Of a DNA stretch of 64,000 nucleotides, positions 11,632 to 22,090 are shown in pieces. Position numbers and translations under genes: made by a program. Origin of the DNA: Bdellovibrionales bacterium. GTDB lineage: Bacteria; Bdellovibrionota; Bdellovibrionia; Bdellovibrionales; UBA1609. The notes beneath the pieces were generated by a model. The model searched no databases and had not been told where the DNA came from. It was given only the letters and a program-made list of their open reading frames with translations. Numbering within the stretch: position 1 is the stretch's first letter; each line of letters begins with the position of its first letter. The stretch lies in NCBI GenBank assembly GCA_965203095.1, contig OZ241877.1, forward strand, positions 160,001 through 224,000, read 5' to 3'.

Positions 11632-12516
11632 TTATCTACGGCTAATTTTAGTCCATATATGGGAAAAATCTTTATCCGCATGGCCCTCTTCAAAATGCTT
11701 TTTATACATTTCAAAAGCCTGAGGGCCCAACTGAAAAGTGCAAGTGCTTTGTTCTATAGATTTTTTTGCCAGCTCCAGATCTTTTAACATGAGCCGGACA
11801 GTAAAACCCCCTTTATAACCTTGGGAAGAGGGAGCTGATTCCATAAGGCCAGGGCAAGGGTTATATTTTTCCAAAGACCAATTATTTCCGGAACTGACTT
11901 TCATAATCTGACTTAAAAGTTCCGGTGAGAGACCCATAGCCTGACCCAAAGCCAAAGCCTCACAAGTGCCTATCATGTGAATAGCTAAAAGCATGTTATT
12001 GCAAATTTTAACAGCTTGTCCGGCCCCTGGGCCCCCAACATAAAAAATAGTTTTCCCCATGGCTTTTAAAAAAGGCTCGGCCTCTTTTAAATCCTCTTTA
12101 TCCCCACCGGCCATAAAGGTTAAAGTCCCCTCTTGAGCACCCTTTGTTCCGCCAGAAACAGGAATGGACAAAAAACGAAGCCCCCTTTCCCTGGCTTCTT
12201 CATAAATACTGAGCACATCCTGCGGATAAGCTGTGGAACAGTCCACAATCAAAGTCCCTTTTTTTAAAAAAGAAAAGAGCTTTTGTTGCTCCAAATAAAG
12301 TTGCCGGATCTCCTCCCCTCCCCTCAGCATGGAGAACACTATATCCGGCTGAGCCGAACGGAGATCACTCAACCACTTTCCCCCAGCTTTTTGAAAAGGC
12401 TCGCGAACCTCAGGCCGAATGTCAAAACCATACAGCTTATAACCCTGGCTCAAAAGCCGGCGGGCCATATTCCCTCCCATATTTCCTAAACCAACAAACA
12501 GAAGTTGTTTTTCCAT
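11632..12516 (-). CDS. mmsB: 3-hydroxyisobutyrate dehydrogenase
   Basis: FVGLGNMGGNMA, PVSGG..GA..GTLTFMAGG, KICNNMLLAI, YNPCPG. Confidence 0.92.
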   Translation of the reverse strand: MEKQLLFVGLGNMGGNMARRLLSQGYKLYGFDIRPEVREPFQKAGGKWLSDLRSAQPDIVFSMLRGGEEIRQLYLEQQKLFSFLKKGTLIVDCSTAYPQDVLSIYEEARERGLRFLSIPVSGGTKGAQEGTLTFMAGGDKEDLKEAEPFLKAMGKTIFYVGGPGAGQAVKICNNMLLAIHMIGTCEALALGQAMGLSPELLSQIMKVSSGNNWSLEKYNPCPGLMESAPSSQGYKGGFTVRLMLKDLELAKKSIEQSTCTFQLGPQAFEMYKKHFEEGHADKDFSHIWTKISRR

Positions 12517-12627
12517 ATTCTTTTAAAGCTATGCCGAATGAGCGGGCTTTTTGTCAATATTTTTAAGTCAAGACTGAACTATTCACCCAAGAAAAAGCCT
12601 TTCCCAAAAACCGAGAAGGGGGCTAAG

Positions 12628-13785
12628 CTAAACTTTTAAACGGCAGTCCCAAGCCTTATCCGCTACAAAATATTTATCCACTTCTGACCAACTTAACTCT
12701 TCCACATGATGGGGTTGCCACTGAGGATTTTTTGTTTTCTCAATTAAAAGGGCACGGACCCCTTCTAAAAAATCCGGCCGGCGGGCCATCTGCATAGATA
12801 GCACAGTCTCCATTTCAAAAAGGGATTTTTGAAGTTTTTGCTTTTGTGAGGAGGATAAAAAAAGCTTTTCCATCTGTTTTGCCCTTTTCAACTGCTCTAA
12901 CAAAACAGCTAAAGAGGAGGGGGAAGCTTTTAAAAAATTCTGCCGGTTCCGCTCCCATTTTTTGTCCTCCCGCTCGGCTTTAGAAAAATAATCATAAAGG
13001 GCGGGCAAGCTTTTACAGCTCATAGCTTTAATAATGTCCGGTTTAAACTTCTCTATCCAACAGGCTGAACCATCTAAAAACGAAGGTTTTTTATAAAAAT
13101 CTTTAAGTTTATCATCCAACTCCTCTTTATTTTTGAAGGAAGAGCTGAGCAAAAAATCCAAAACATTTTGTTTCTCTTTTTGCGGGAAGGCCCACTCACT
13201 CAAATTTAAAAAAAGAGCCTCTTTAACATCCAAGGGGCAAGCTGTTAAAGCCATATACTTGCCCATATCATTTTGAATTTGATTTAAAAAATAAGAGGCC
13301 CCCACATCGGGAAAAAAACCAATCCCTGCTTCTGGCATAGCGAGCCGGCTGTTTTCCGTCAAAATAGGATGAGAGGCCGACATAAAAAGCCCCATCCCCC
13401 CTCCCATGACTATTCCATTACCCCACAAAATAACCGGTTTATGGAATTGACAAAGCCTGTAATCCGTCTCATACTCTGTTTGAAAAAAATGTTGAACCGC
13501 CAGGGCCGGATCCCTTCCCTGTTTTTGGCTTTCCTCAATGATCCGATACACCTGAACCACATCCCCACCGGCACAAAAAGCCCTCTCCCCTGTAGAATGA
13601 ATAAATAGGGCGGAAAGCTCTTTTCTATTCTCCCACTCCCTGACTTTCCTGTTTAAAGCAGAGATCATCTCCCAGTTTAAAACATTTAATTTTTCCGGAT
13701 AATTGAGTTTTATATCCAACAAAACAGATCCATCGCTTTTTACCCGTTCTTTAAACTCAATAAAATCTCTTGGAGTTTTAGACAT
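12628..13785 (-). CDS. 3-hydroxyisobutyryl-CoA hydrolase-like (enoyl-CoA hydratase/isomerase family)
   Basis: RAFCAGGDV, GIVMGGGMG, AMPE.GIGFFPDVG, DFLEGVRALLI.K...PQW. Confidence 0.9.
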   Translation of the reverse strand: MSKTPRDFIEFKERVKSDGSVLLDIKLNYPEKLNVLNWEMISALNRKVREWENRKELSALFIHSTGERAFCAGGDVVQVYRIIEESQKQGRDPALAVQHFFQTEYETDYRLCQFHKPVILWGNGIVMGGGMGLFMSASHPILTENSRLAMPEAGIGFFPDVGASYFLNQIQNDMGKYMALTACPLDVKEALFLNLSEWAFPQKEKQNVLDFLLSSSFKNKEELDDKLKDFYKKPSFLDGSACWIEKFKPDIIKAMSCKSLPALYDYFSKAEREDKKWERNRQNFLKASPSSLAVLLEQLKRAKQMEKLFLSSSQKQKLQKSLFEMETVLSMQMARRPDFLEGVRALLIEKTKNPQWQPHHVEELSWSEVDKYFVADKAWDCRLKV

Positions 13786-14030
13786 GTTTTTATTTTATCT
13801 CTTTTGAGCTTATTATGTCCAATAAGAAAGTTAAGAGCAGGACAAAACACAGTATTTAATCGCCTGTGAAAAGGCTAAAAAATGATTCTGTCAGCGAAAT
13901 AATGAACATTTACAATCCCGTGAAAACGGGAATCCAAAAAAGCCTGATAGAATAGGCTTTTATAGGCTTTCTGCACAAAAATTTAAAAAATATTAAAGTT
14001 TTCCGGCCATCAGCCGATAAGATTGTTGAG

Positions 14031-14990
14031 ATGTTTTATTTACTATTTCCATTGTTCTTAATTTTTAATGCTCATTCTATGGGCCCTGATAGTCATGATC
14101 ATCATGATCACTCCAGCCATCATCCCAATGTTCAAAAAATAAAACTCACTAAACAAATTAAACAAGGGAAAAGAGTGGATTTGCGAGGGAAAAAATTGCA
14201 GGGAGTGAACTGGCAAAATTTGGACTTACGAAAAGTGAACTTGCGGGGGGCGATATTAACAAAAGCCAACTTACAAGGGGCAAATTTGCAAGGAGTGGAC
14301 TTAAGCCATACCAACATAGAACATGCGAATTTATCTCAAGCCAACTTGCAAAAAGCCAATTTGCGAGGGGCAAACTTAATGAAGACCAATTTGCAAGAGG
14401 CAAACTTACAGAATGCGATCCTCTATAGAGCGGATTTGCGATTAGCAAAAATGCGAGAAGCGAATTTAGATAAGGCGGACCTCCGGGAAGCAAAATTGCT
14501 GAAAACAGATTTGATGGAAGCCAACTTAAGCCATGCTGACTTGCGGAAAGCAAAATTATTTAAAGTGAATTTGCCGGGGGCGAAATTGACAGAGGCGGAT
14601 TTGCAGGGGGCGAACTTACAAAAAGCTGACTTGCGATATGCTAATCTGACAAGGACGGGCTTAATGTTTGCAGACCTGAGGCATGCCCAATTGAAGAATG
14701 CGAAATTGATAGAGGCAGTTTTGACGGGGGCGGACTTGCAAAATGCCAACTTGTATGCAAGTGTATTGTATAAAGCCGACTTGAAGTCAGCACTGTTGAA
14801 TAATGCTAACTTGCAGTATGCCAACTTGGAGGAAGCAAAAAACTTGCTGTCTGCGAGCTTTAATACTGCCGACTTGAACCATGCAATTATAAATAAAAGT
14901 TATAAAGATCAATTGCATGGAGCTAAAAACATAGAGCATGTTCAATGGATAGAAGGATTCTGTTATGATTGCGAAGGCCAGAATCCATAA
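14031..14990 (+). CDS. secreted pentapeptide-repeat protein with His-rich N-terminus and C-terminal CxxC (copy 1)
   Basis: signal peptide, DSHDHHDHSSHHP, long A(N/D)Lxx repeat tract, C-terminal WIEGFCYDC. Confidence 0.92.
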   Translation: MFYLLFPLFLIFNAHSMGPDSHDHHDHSSHHPNVQKIKLTKQIKQGKRVDLRGKKLQGVNWQNLDLRKVNLRGAILTKANLQGANLQGVDLSHTNIEHANLSQANLQKANLRGANLMKTNLQEANLQNAILYRADLRLAKMREANLDKADLREAKLLKTDLMEANLSHADLRKAKLFKVNLPGAKLTEADLQGANLQKADLRYANLTRTGLMFADLRHAQLKNAKLIEAVLTGADLQNANLYASVLYKADLKSALLNNANLQYANLEEAKNLLSASFNTADLNHAIINKSYKDQLHGAKNIEHVQWIEGFCYDCEGQNP

Positions 14991-15060
14991 AAGCCGGCTC
15001 CTGTGAAAATTCGTCTTTCCCCCCTATAAGCAAGAAGCCACTTCATAAAGCAAAACTATT

Positions 15061-15252
15061 TAGTCATCTGCGAAAAAGCCTCAGTTAGTCCTTCTCATTC
15101 TCTGCTTTTACAGGGGTAGACTTTTCAATCACTTTTGCCTAAAGGCCGTCCCATGAGGGTCCAAGGTATTGCCGTCCCGAAATGGGACGGACCTTTAGGC
15201 AAAGAAACTGAAGAATCCCCTGTGAATTATAGAGGTTTTTCACGAGCGACTA
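15061..15252. repeat. long imperfect-palindrome MITE/REPIN-like element (duplicated at 18352-18543)
   Basis: ends TAGTCATCTGCGAAAAAGC / GGTTTTTCACGAGCGACTA; nested stems around core GAGGGTCCAAGGTATTGCCGTCCCGAA (15155-15181). Confidence 0.8.
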
Positions 15253-15258
15253 TTTAGT

Positions 15259-17179
15259 CCCGACTTCCGCATTTTGTGATCAGGAATCCAGTATTATCAA
15301 GGGTTTGCGAGGAGGCTTGGGTCACTACATTCAAGACTTTAGTTTGTGATATTAGGACATAAATTTAATAGTTCGTGGGAAGGTTTTGTTAAAGGCTTTG
15401 TAGATATTCTTTTGTGTTTCGTTGATTGTAGAAGGCAGGAAGAATTTCTTTCCTGTGGATGTGTCCTCTATATAACTGATTTGGACAAGACTTAATTCTT
15501 GTTTAATGACTTCAAAACTAAGGTTTATATTTTTAGATTTCAAAACATGCCTCACAAAAACCGTCAGACCATAAGCTATAAAACATATTAACACATGAGC
15601 CTTTATCCTTCTCGGTGTCCAATGATAGATAGGTCTCATCTTCAAATCATGTTTGTTCATACGAAAAGCAGATTCTATTTGCCAAAGATTTTTGTATTTT
15701 TCCAATATGTTATGGGCCGTCTCTTTTTTGTTGTTTACAGCTACAGCACTGAATCCGTCCCATAAACGCTCCGCTTGTATCTTGTCTTCATTTAAAACAG
15801 CCCAACCCTTCTGTTTTAACTCCAAATACTTCTTAAGTCCTGTGTTTTTAACCAAATCCTTCACACGAACCCGACCACCTTTCATCTTTTCTTTTATCTT
15901 AACTAAAAGCTTTTCTCTTTCTTTTCTATCCTTATCCGCTCTGGCCCGATCATAACGGACAATGAGACGAAAACCCTCCCACTCATATTCCCTCGTCCAG
16001 CCTCGAACCTTTCTAAAATCCCCTCTTTTAGAAAAAGCAGGAGCTTCCGACAACACCCTCTCCTTCAAAGACTTCTTCATTGACTTCAGCCGGGCCCCAG
16101 CTATAAACTGAACTTTCCTTTTATCCATCTCAAAAAGATTTTTCTTGGAAAACATCCCACGATCAGCAACTAAAAACACATCCCGAATATCATAACTCTT
16201 TGATATATTATCTATCGTCTGGAGCAAAGTATTGCCCTCAAAAGTATTACCAGAAAAAAGCTCATAACCTATAGGCAAACCCCCTTTAGTCGTCATCAAA
16301 GACAGAACAACCTGTGTCTCTTTGATCTTATTGTCCTTGCTAAAACCACAACTCCTCAAATCATCCTCCATAAAACTCTCAAAATACAATGTCGTCACAT
16401 CAAAAAACACAACATCAATACGCTCTTTAAACAAACTCAATGTCCTCTCGGTTAGCTTGCCTTTTAAAATCTCACTATTCTTATAAACCTTGTCCATCAT
16501 CCGATAAACACGATCCAAAGGTATAGAATGAACACCAGCAGACCTTCTGCTTATGTCCAAAACACTACCCCGCTTACTCATTGGACTTTTTAACCGATGT
16601 AAAACCATATCCTTCAACAATTGACTGGCCTCTCTATGCTTATATCCCTCATTAAAACAGGACGATAAACCCAGCTCATCGTAAACCTTGCCAAATATGT
16701 CTGAAATCCCCACAACTTGACGACTCTCCTCTTTCAGACTTGGTGCATGAACCATATCTCCAGGATAAAAACTCCTCGCCTTCTCTCTTGCAGGGTCCTC
16801 CTTGGACTCCTCCTTAAAAAGTGGGGACTGATCTTTTTCTTTTAAGTCCCGAATAACTTTTCTGCCGATCTTGTAAAATAAAGCAATTTTCTCTTTATCG
16901 CTTTGATGGCAATGTCCTACACAGCCAATAGTCTCTTGTCTGACTTTTTTGCCTTCTCTACGGCTTCTGACCACACGGATGGAAACATGGCCATTGGCTT
17001 TTTTAACTTCACGAATAAACATACTGGCAGAATAAGAGAAGACAGAAGGCTTGTCAAGTAAATAAATTAAAAATATTGCTTTATTTTTATCAAGGGCCAC
17101 TACACCCCAACACAACAATAAAAAGCCCATAAACTGGGCCTTTTAAACCCTTACAACCCTACAAAATGCGGAAGTCGGG
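15259..17179 (-). mobile_element. IS1634-family insertion sequence, 1921 bp
   Basis: perfect 19-bp terminal inverted repeats CCCGACTTCCGCATTTTGT (15259-15277) and ACAAAATGCGGAAGTCGGG (17161-17179) enclosing a DDE transposase. Confidence 0.93.
15352..17022 (-). CDS. IS1634-family DDE transposase (start at ATG 17022)
   Basis: MFIREVKK.., VFFDVTTLYFES, GFSKD, VADRGM, YKNLWQIESAFR..K.DL..RPIYHW...RIKAHVLICF. Confidence 0.93.
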   Translation of the reverse strand: MFIREVKKANGHVSIRVVRSRREGKKVRQETIGCVGHCHQSDKEKIALFYKIGRKVIRDLKEKDQSPLFKEESKEDPAREKARSFYPGDMVHAPSLKEESRQVVGISDIFGKVYDELGLSSCFNEGYKHREASQLLKDMVLHRLKSPMSKRGSVLDISRRSAGVHSIPLDRVYRMMDKVYKNSEILKGKLTERTLSLFKERIDVVFFDVTTLYFESFMEDDLRSCGFSKDNKIKETQVVLSLMTTKGGLPIGYELFSGNTFEGNTLLQTIDNISKSYDIRDVFLVADRGMFSKKNLFEMDKRKVQFIAGARLKSMKKSLKERVLSEAPAFSKRGDFRKVRGWTREYEWEGFRLIVRYDRARADKDRKEREKLLVKIKEKMKGGRVRVKDLVKNTGLKKYLELKQKGWAVLNEDKIQAERLWDGFSAVAVNNKKETAHNILEKYKNLWQIESAFRMNKHDLKMRPIYHWTPRRIKAHVLICFIAYGLTVFVRHVLKSKNINLSFEVIKQELSLVQISYIEDTSTGKKFFLPSTINETQKNIYKAFNKTFPRTIKFMS

Positions 17180-18549
17180 TGTCAGCGAAATAATGAACAT
17201 TTACAATCCCGTGAAAACGGGAATCCAAAAAAGCCTGATAGAATAGGCTTTTATAGGCTTTCTGCACAAAAATTTAAAAAATATTAAAGTTTTCCGGCCA
17301 TCAGCCGATAAGATTGTTGAGATGTTTTATTTACTATTTCCATTGTTCTTAATTTTTAATGCTCATTCTATGGGCAATGATAGTCATGATCATCATGATC
17401 ACTCCAGCCATCATCCCAATGTTCAAAAAATAAAACTCACTAAACAAATTAAACAAGGGAAAAGAGTGGATTTGCGAGGGAAAAAATTGCAGGGAGTGAA
17501 CTGGCAAAATTTGGACTTACGAAAAGTGAACTTGCGGGGGGCGATATTAACAAAAGCCAACTTACAAGGGGCAAATTTGCAAGGAGTGGACTTAAGCCAT
17601 ACCAACATAGAACATGCGAATTTATCTCAAGCCAACTTGCAAAAAGCCAATTTGCGAGGGGCAAACTTAATGAAGACCAATTTGCAAGAGGCAAACTTAC
17701 AGAATGCGATCCTCTATAGAGCGGATTTGCGATTAGCAAAAATGCGAGAAGCGAATTTAGATAAGGCGGACCTCCGGGAAGCAAAATTGCTGAAAACAGA
17801 TTTGATGGAAGCCAACTTAAGCCATGCTGACTTGCGGAAAGCAAAATTATTTAAAGTGAATTTGCCGGGGGCGAAATTGACAGAGGCGGATTTGCAGGGG
17901 GCGAACTTACAAAAAGCTGACTTGCGATATGCTAATCTGACAAGGACGGGCTTAATGTTTGCAGACCTGAGGCATGCCCAATTGAAGAATGCGAAATTGA
18001 TAGAGGCAGTTTTGACGGGGGCGGACTTGCAAAATGCCAACTTGTATGCAAGTGTATTGTATAAAGCCGACTTGAAGTCAGCACTGTTGAATAATGCTAA
18101 CTTGCAGTATGCCAACTTGGAGGAAGCAAAAAACTTGCTGTCTGCGAGCTTTAATACTGCCGACTTGAACCATGCAATTATAAATAAAAGTTATAAAGAT
18201 CAATTGCATGGAGCTAAAAACATAGAGCATGTTCAATGGATAGAAGGATTCTGTTATGATTGCGAAGGCCAGGATCCATAAAAGCCGGCTCCTGTGAAAA
18301 TTCGTCTTTCCCCCCTATAAGCAAGAAGCCACTTCATAAAGCAAAACTATTTAGTCATCTGCGAAAAAGCCTCAGTTAGTCCTTCTCATTCTCTGCTTTT
18401 ACAGGGGTAGACTTTTCAATCACTTTTGCCTAAAGGCCGTCCCATGAGGGTCCAAGGTATTGCCGTCCCGAAATGAGACGGACCTTTAGGCAAAGAAACT
18501 GAAGAATCCCCTGTGAATTATAGAGGTTTTTCACGAGCGACTATTTAGT
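17180..18549. repeat. 1370-bp direct repeat, copy 2 (right flank of IS)
   Basis: begins on the base immediately after the right TIR; matches 13889-15258. Confidence 0.95.
17322..18281 (+). CDS. secreted pentapeptide-repeat protein (copy 2)
   Basis: identical to 14031-14990 except P->N near the N-terminus and N->D at the penultimate residue. Confidence 0.92.
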   Translation: MFYLLFPLFLIFNAHSMGNDSHDHHDHSSHHPNVQKIKLTKQIKQGKRVDLRGKKLQGVNWQNLDLRKVNLRGAILTKANLQGANLQGVDLSHTNIEHANLSQANLQKANLRGANLMKTNLQEANLQNAILYRADLRLAKMREANLDKADLREAKLLKTDLMEANLSHADLRKAKLFKVNLPGAKLTEADLQGANLQKADLRYANLTRTGLMFADLRHAQLKNAKLIEAVLTGADLQNANLYASVLYKADLKSALLNNANLQYANLEEAKNLLSASFNTADLNHAIINKSYKDQLHGAKNIEHVQWIEGFCYDCEGQDP

Positions 18550-18702
18550 CATCTGCGAAAAAGCTGGCCAAAAAACCTCGTCCTCTTTTTCCTGCTTTTG
18601 TCCAAAGGCCATTCCATGAGGGTCCAAGGTATTGCCGTCCCGAAATGGAATGGTCCTTTGGACAAAAAAAGTTAAAAAACAAAGGTTTTTCACGGACAAC
18701 TA
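18546..18702 (+). repeat. 157-bp MITE/REPIN-like hairpin element
   Basis: same terminal motifs and 27-nt core (18618-18644); near-perfect inverted copy at 21735-21891. Confidence 0.82.
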
Positions 18703-18754
18703 AATAGCAAAAACAGACTTGAAAATCTTTTTTTTATTGATAATACTGCCCCTT

Positions 18755-21586
18755 ATGACTCCCCTTTTTATAAAAAGACATATCGGCCCTTCAAAAAAGG
18801 AGATGAGGGATATTTTAAAAAGCCTTAAAGTCTCTTCTATGGAAGAGCTGATGGCGGAGGTCCTCCCCAGTGAAATCCATCCTCTTGAAAAAATCTCCCT
18901 CCCCCCTCCCCTCACCGAATCTGAACTTTTAAAAACAGCTCAAGCTCAGGCTGGCAAAAACAAAATTTTTAAATCCTATATTGGCGAATCTTATAAAGCC
19001 TCTTTCCTGCCCGCAGTCATTCAAAGGAATATTTTTGAAAATCCAGCCTGGTATAGCCCTTACACGCCCTATCAGGCCGAGTTGGCACAAGGTCGTTTAG
19101 AGGCCCTTTTGAATTTTCAAACCATGACAGCCGATCTGACAGGGATGGAAATAGCCAATGGTTCCCTTTTAGACGAAGGTAGTGCTTTAGTAGAGGCTCT
19201 GGCTATGGCCAAAAACATCAGTGAGAAAAACACAAAAAAATTTTTTGTGTCTGCCAATATTTTCCCGCATAATCAGGAGGTCTTAAAAACCTACAGCTCA
19301 GCAGTGGGCTGGGATATGATCTTAGGGGAATGGGAGACATTTAAAAAATGGGACGAATGCTTTGCTCTGATTCTCCAATACCCCTCGGCAGATGGTTCTG
19401 TTTTAAATATAGAGCCTCTTTTAAAAAACACAGCTAAAAAACACTGCCTGAGCATTGTCTCCACTGATCTTTTAAGCCTAACACTACTCAAACCGCCAGG
19501 GGAGATGGGGGCTGATATTGTGGTGGGATCCTCTCAAAACTTTGGAATAGCTCATTTTTTTGGAGGGCCTCATGCCGCTTTTTTTGCAACCAGAAAAAAA
19601 TGGATCCGACAGATCCCTGGTCGGCTTGTGGGAGTATCTAAAGACAGGCATGAAAAGCCCGCCTTAAGGCTAACATTGCAAACCAGAGAACAACATATAC
19701 GAAGGGAGAGAGCGACCAGCAATATATGCACCTCTCAAACCCTTTTAGCGGTAATGGCCAGCTTTTATGCCATATATCATGGCCCTAAAGCTTTAAGAGA
19801 AATTGCCTTAAAAATCAACAATTTAACAAAAAAACTTTATAAATTTTTCCAAGGTTTTGAAGGGGTAAAAATCCTCAACAAAAGTTTTTATGATAGCCTC
19901 AGTCTCCAGCTGTCATCTCAAGAACTGACTGTAAAAATTTATAAGGCTTTTCAAAAAAGAGGAATTAATTTGGGCTGTCCAAGGGAGGCTTGCCTGTCCC
20001 TGACCTTAGACGAAACCACAGAGGAAAAAGATCTTCTTGAAATTCAAAGCCTTTTTAAGCAATTTTGCCCTCTTTCGTCAAATTCTAAGGCAAAAAATCA
20101 AAGGGCTTTTGATTCTTTTCCAAAAAATTGCTTGAGGCAAAGCCTTTTTCTCAAACATCCGGTGTTCAACTCCTATCATTCAGAAACAGAGCTTTTGCGA
20201 TATATTCAAAGGCTTGAGGATAAAGAGCTTTCGCTTAATCGCTCTATGATCCCTTTGGGATCTTGCACTATGAAACTCAACTCCTCTGCGGAGTTAGGCC
20301 CTGTGAGCTTTCCCGCCTTCTCACATATCCATCCTTTTGCCCCTTCAAATCAAACTCAAGGTTGGTTAGAGCTACTTAAAGAGTTAGAAGATCAACTTTG
20401 CGAACTCACTGGTTTTAAGGCTTTTTCTTTTCAGCCTAAGGCGGGTTCCCAAGGGGAATATGCTGGGCTTTTGGCTATTAAAAAATATCATGAATCTCAA
20501 GCTGAGGGGCATAGGAATATTTGCCTTATCCCCTCCTCTGCTCATGGAACCAATCCGGCCAGTGCCCTTATGGCGGGTTTAAAAGTTGTGCCTATTGCTT
20601 GCTCTAAAGATGGCCTGATGGACCGGGAGGATTTGGAACAAAAATTAAAAAAACATGCTTCTCATTTATCAGCTTTGATGATCACTTACCCCTCAACTTA
20701 TGGTTTTTTTGAAGAGGCTATTGGGGAAGTTTGCGATAAAGTTCACAAAAGTGGGGGTTTAGTTTATTGGGACGGGGCCAATATGAATGCCCTTTTGGGG
20801 CTTTCAAAGCCTGCAAATTTGGGCTTTGATATTGGTCACTTAAATCTTCATAAAAGTTTTTGTATTCCCCATGGGGGGGGAGGTCCTGGGGCGGGGCCTA
20901 TAGGAGCGAGTGAAAAGCTTACGAATTTTTTGCCGGGTCATATCCAGCTCAAAAAAAAATCAGGAGCCATAAGCACTTCCCCTTATGGAAATGCTGGCAT
21001 ATTGATTATTTCCTGGGCTTATATCAAGCTCATGGGTTTAGAAGGTTTAAAGCAATCGGCTATGACAGCTATTGCCAATGCCAATTATATGGCTGAGCAA
21101 TTAAAAAAGGGCTATTCTATCCTTTTCAAAGGGAAAAATAATCGCGTGGCCCATGAGTGCATTATCGATTTAAGGAAATTTAAGTTTTCTGCCAATATTA
21201 CAGTGGATGATGTGGCCAAACGGCTTATGGATTACAGTTTTCATGCCCCTACTGTATCTTGGCCTACAGCAGGAACTTTGATGATTGAACCTACAGAAAG
21301 CGAAAGCAAAAAAGAGATGGATCGCTTTTGCTCTGCCCTGCTCAGCATTAGAAAAGAAATTGAGGATATTGAAAAAGGCGGAAGTCCTACACTTTTAAAA
21401 TCGGCCCCACACAATATAGAAGATGCTATGTCTGATTGGCCCTTCCCCTACTCCAAACAAAAAGCTTTTTATCCTCTGCCTTGGCTCAAAGGGAGAAAAT
21501 TTTGGCCACCAGTTTCACGAATAGAAAATGCTTTTGGGGATATTCAACCTTTTTGCTCCTGCCCTCCTCTTTTAGATGAGTCATAA
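18755..21586 (+). CDS. gcvP: glycine dehydrogenase (glycine cleavage P protein); start ATG 18755
   Basis: FIKRHIGP, YTPYQAELAQGRLEALLNFQT, REQHIRRERATSNICT, MIPLGSCTMKLN, HLNLHKSFCIPHGGGGPG. Confidence 0.97.
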   Translation: MTPLFIKRHIGPSKKEMRDILKSLKVSSMEELMAEVLPSEIHPLEKISLPPPLTESELLKTAQAQAGKNKIFKSYIGESYKASFLPAVIQRNIFENPAWYSPYTPYQAELAQGRLEALLNFQTMTADLTGMEIANGSLLDEGSALVEALAMAKNISEKNTKKFFVSANIFPHNQEVLKTYSSAVGWDMILGEWETFKKWDECFALILQYPSADGSVLNIEPLLKNTAKKHCLSIVSTDLLSLTLLKPPGEMGADIVVGSSQNFGIAHFFGGPHAAFFATRKKWIRQIPGRLVGVSKDRHEKPALRLTLQTREQHIRRERATSNICTSQTLLAVMASFYAIYHGPKALREIALKINNLTKKLYKFFQGFEGVKILNKSFYDSLSLQLSSQELTVKIYKAFQKRGINLGCPREACLSLTLDETTEEKDLLEIQSLFKQFCPLSSNSKAKNQRAFDSFPKNCLRQSLFLKHPVFNSYHSETELLRYIQRLEDKELSLNRSMIPLGSCTMKLNSSAELGPVSFPAFSHIHPFAPSNQTQGWLELLKELEDQLCELTGFKAFSFQPKAGSQGEYAGLLAIKKYHESQAEGHRNICLIPSSAHGTNPASALMAGLKVVPIACSKDGLMDREDLEQKLKKHASHLSALMITYPSTYGFFEEAIGEVCDKVHKSGGLVYWDGANMNALLGLSKPANLGFDIGHLNLHKSFCIPHGGGGPGAGPIGASEKLTNFLPGHIQLKKKSGAISTSPYGNAGILIISWAYIKLMGLEGLKQSAMTAIANANYMAEQLKKGYSILFKGKNNRVAHECIIDLRKFKFSANITVDDVAKRLMDYSFHAPTVSWPTAGTLMIEPTESESKKEMDRFCSALLSIRKEIEDIEKGGSPTLLKSAPHNIEDAMSDWPFPYSKQKAFYPLPWLKGRKFWPPVSRIENAFGDIQPFCSCPPLLDES

Positions 21587-21734
21587 CATTAAGTTATACT
21601 GATTTTGTTTGAAAATTATGCTTTCTGGACTCTGTTTTGACCGGAAATCTCAAATGTAATCAGTATATTTCCGCTAAGATATCAACCAAAAAACTTAGGA
21701 AACCTGTGGATCATAATAAAAACCCACAAGTAAT

Positions 21735-21891
21735 TAGTCGTCTGTGAAAAACCTTTGTTTTTTAACTTTTTTTGTCCAAAGGACCATTCCATTTCGGGAC
21801 GGCAATACCTTGGACCCTCATGGAATGGCCTTTGGACAAAAGCGGGAAAAAGAGGACGAGGCTTTTTGTCCAGCTTTTTCACGAGCGACTA
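21735..21891 (-). repeat. 157-bp MITE/REPIN-like hairpin element, inverted relative to 18546-18702
   Basis: TAGTCGTCTGTGAAAAAC...GCTTTTTCACGAGCGACTA; core reverse-complemented at 21793-21819. Confidence 0.82.
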
Positions 21892-22090
21892 ATTATTGAA
21901 AATAACTGGTTTATGCACAGCGTAAAACTACCTGTTTCCTCTAAAGACGATGAACTTTTGGCTTAATTTTCCAACTTGCAATCAAAAGCTTTTTGTAGTT
22001 AAATCTATAGTGGCTAAGGCCATGCTTAAAGGAGATATAACCCATAGTTTGAGCCAATAGTCCAACTCGTATGCACTTGAGAAAAATAAC

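Larger units (their letters stand above)
13889..15258. repeat. 1370-bp direct repeat, copy 1 (left flank of IS1634-family element)
   Basis: Matches 17180-18549 at constant offset 3291; only 4 mismatches seen (14085-14086, 14982, 15185). Confidence 0.95.

Noticed and set aside
15155..15181. 27-nt repeated core as a CRISPR repeat
   Set aside because: Copies are dispersed, in both orientations, with no regular spacers and no cas genes
15150..15185. Hammerhead ribozyme (ATGAG...CGAAA resemblance)
   Set aside because: Lacks the CUGANGA core and a third stem; the flanks pair directly with each other
21682..21966. Short ORFs 21682-21882 and 21772-21966 (also 31660-32013, 31733-31963, 43536-43766, 51767-51958)
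   Set aside because: They are translations of the hairpin repeat family, not credible genes
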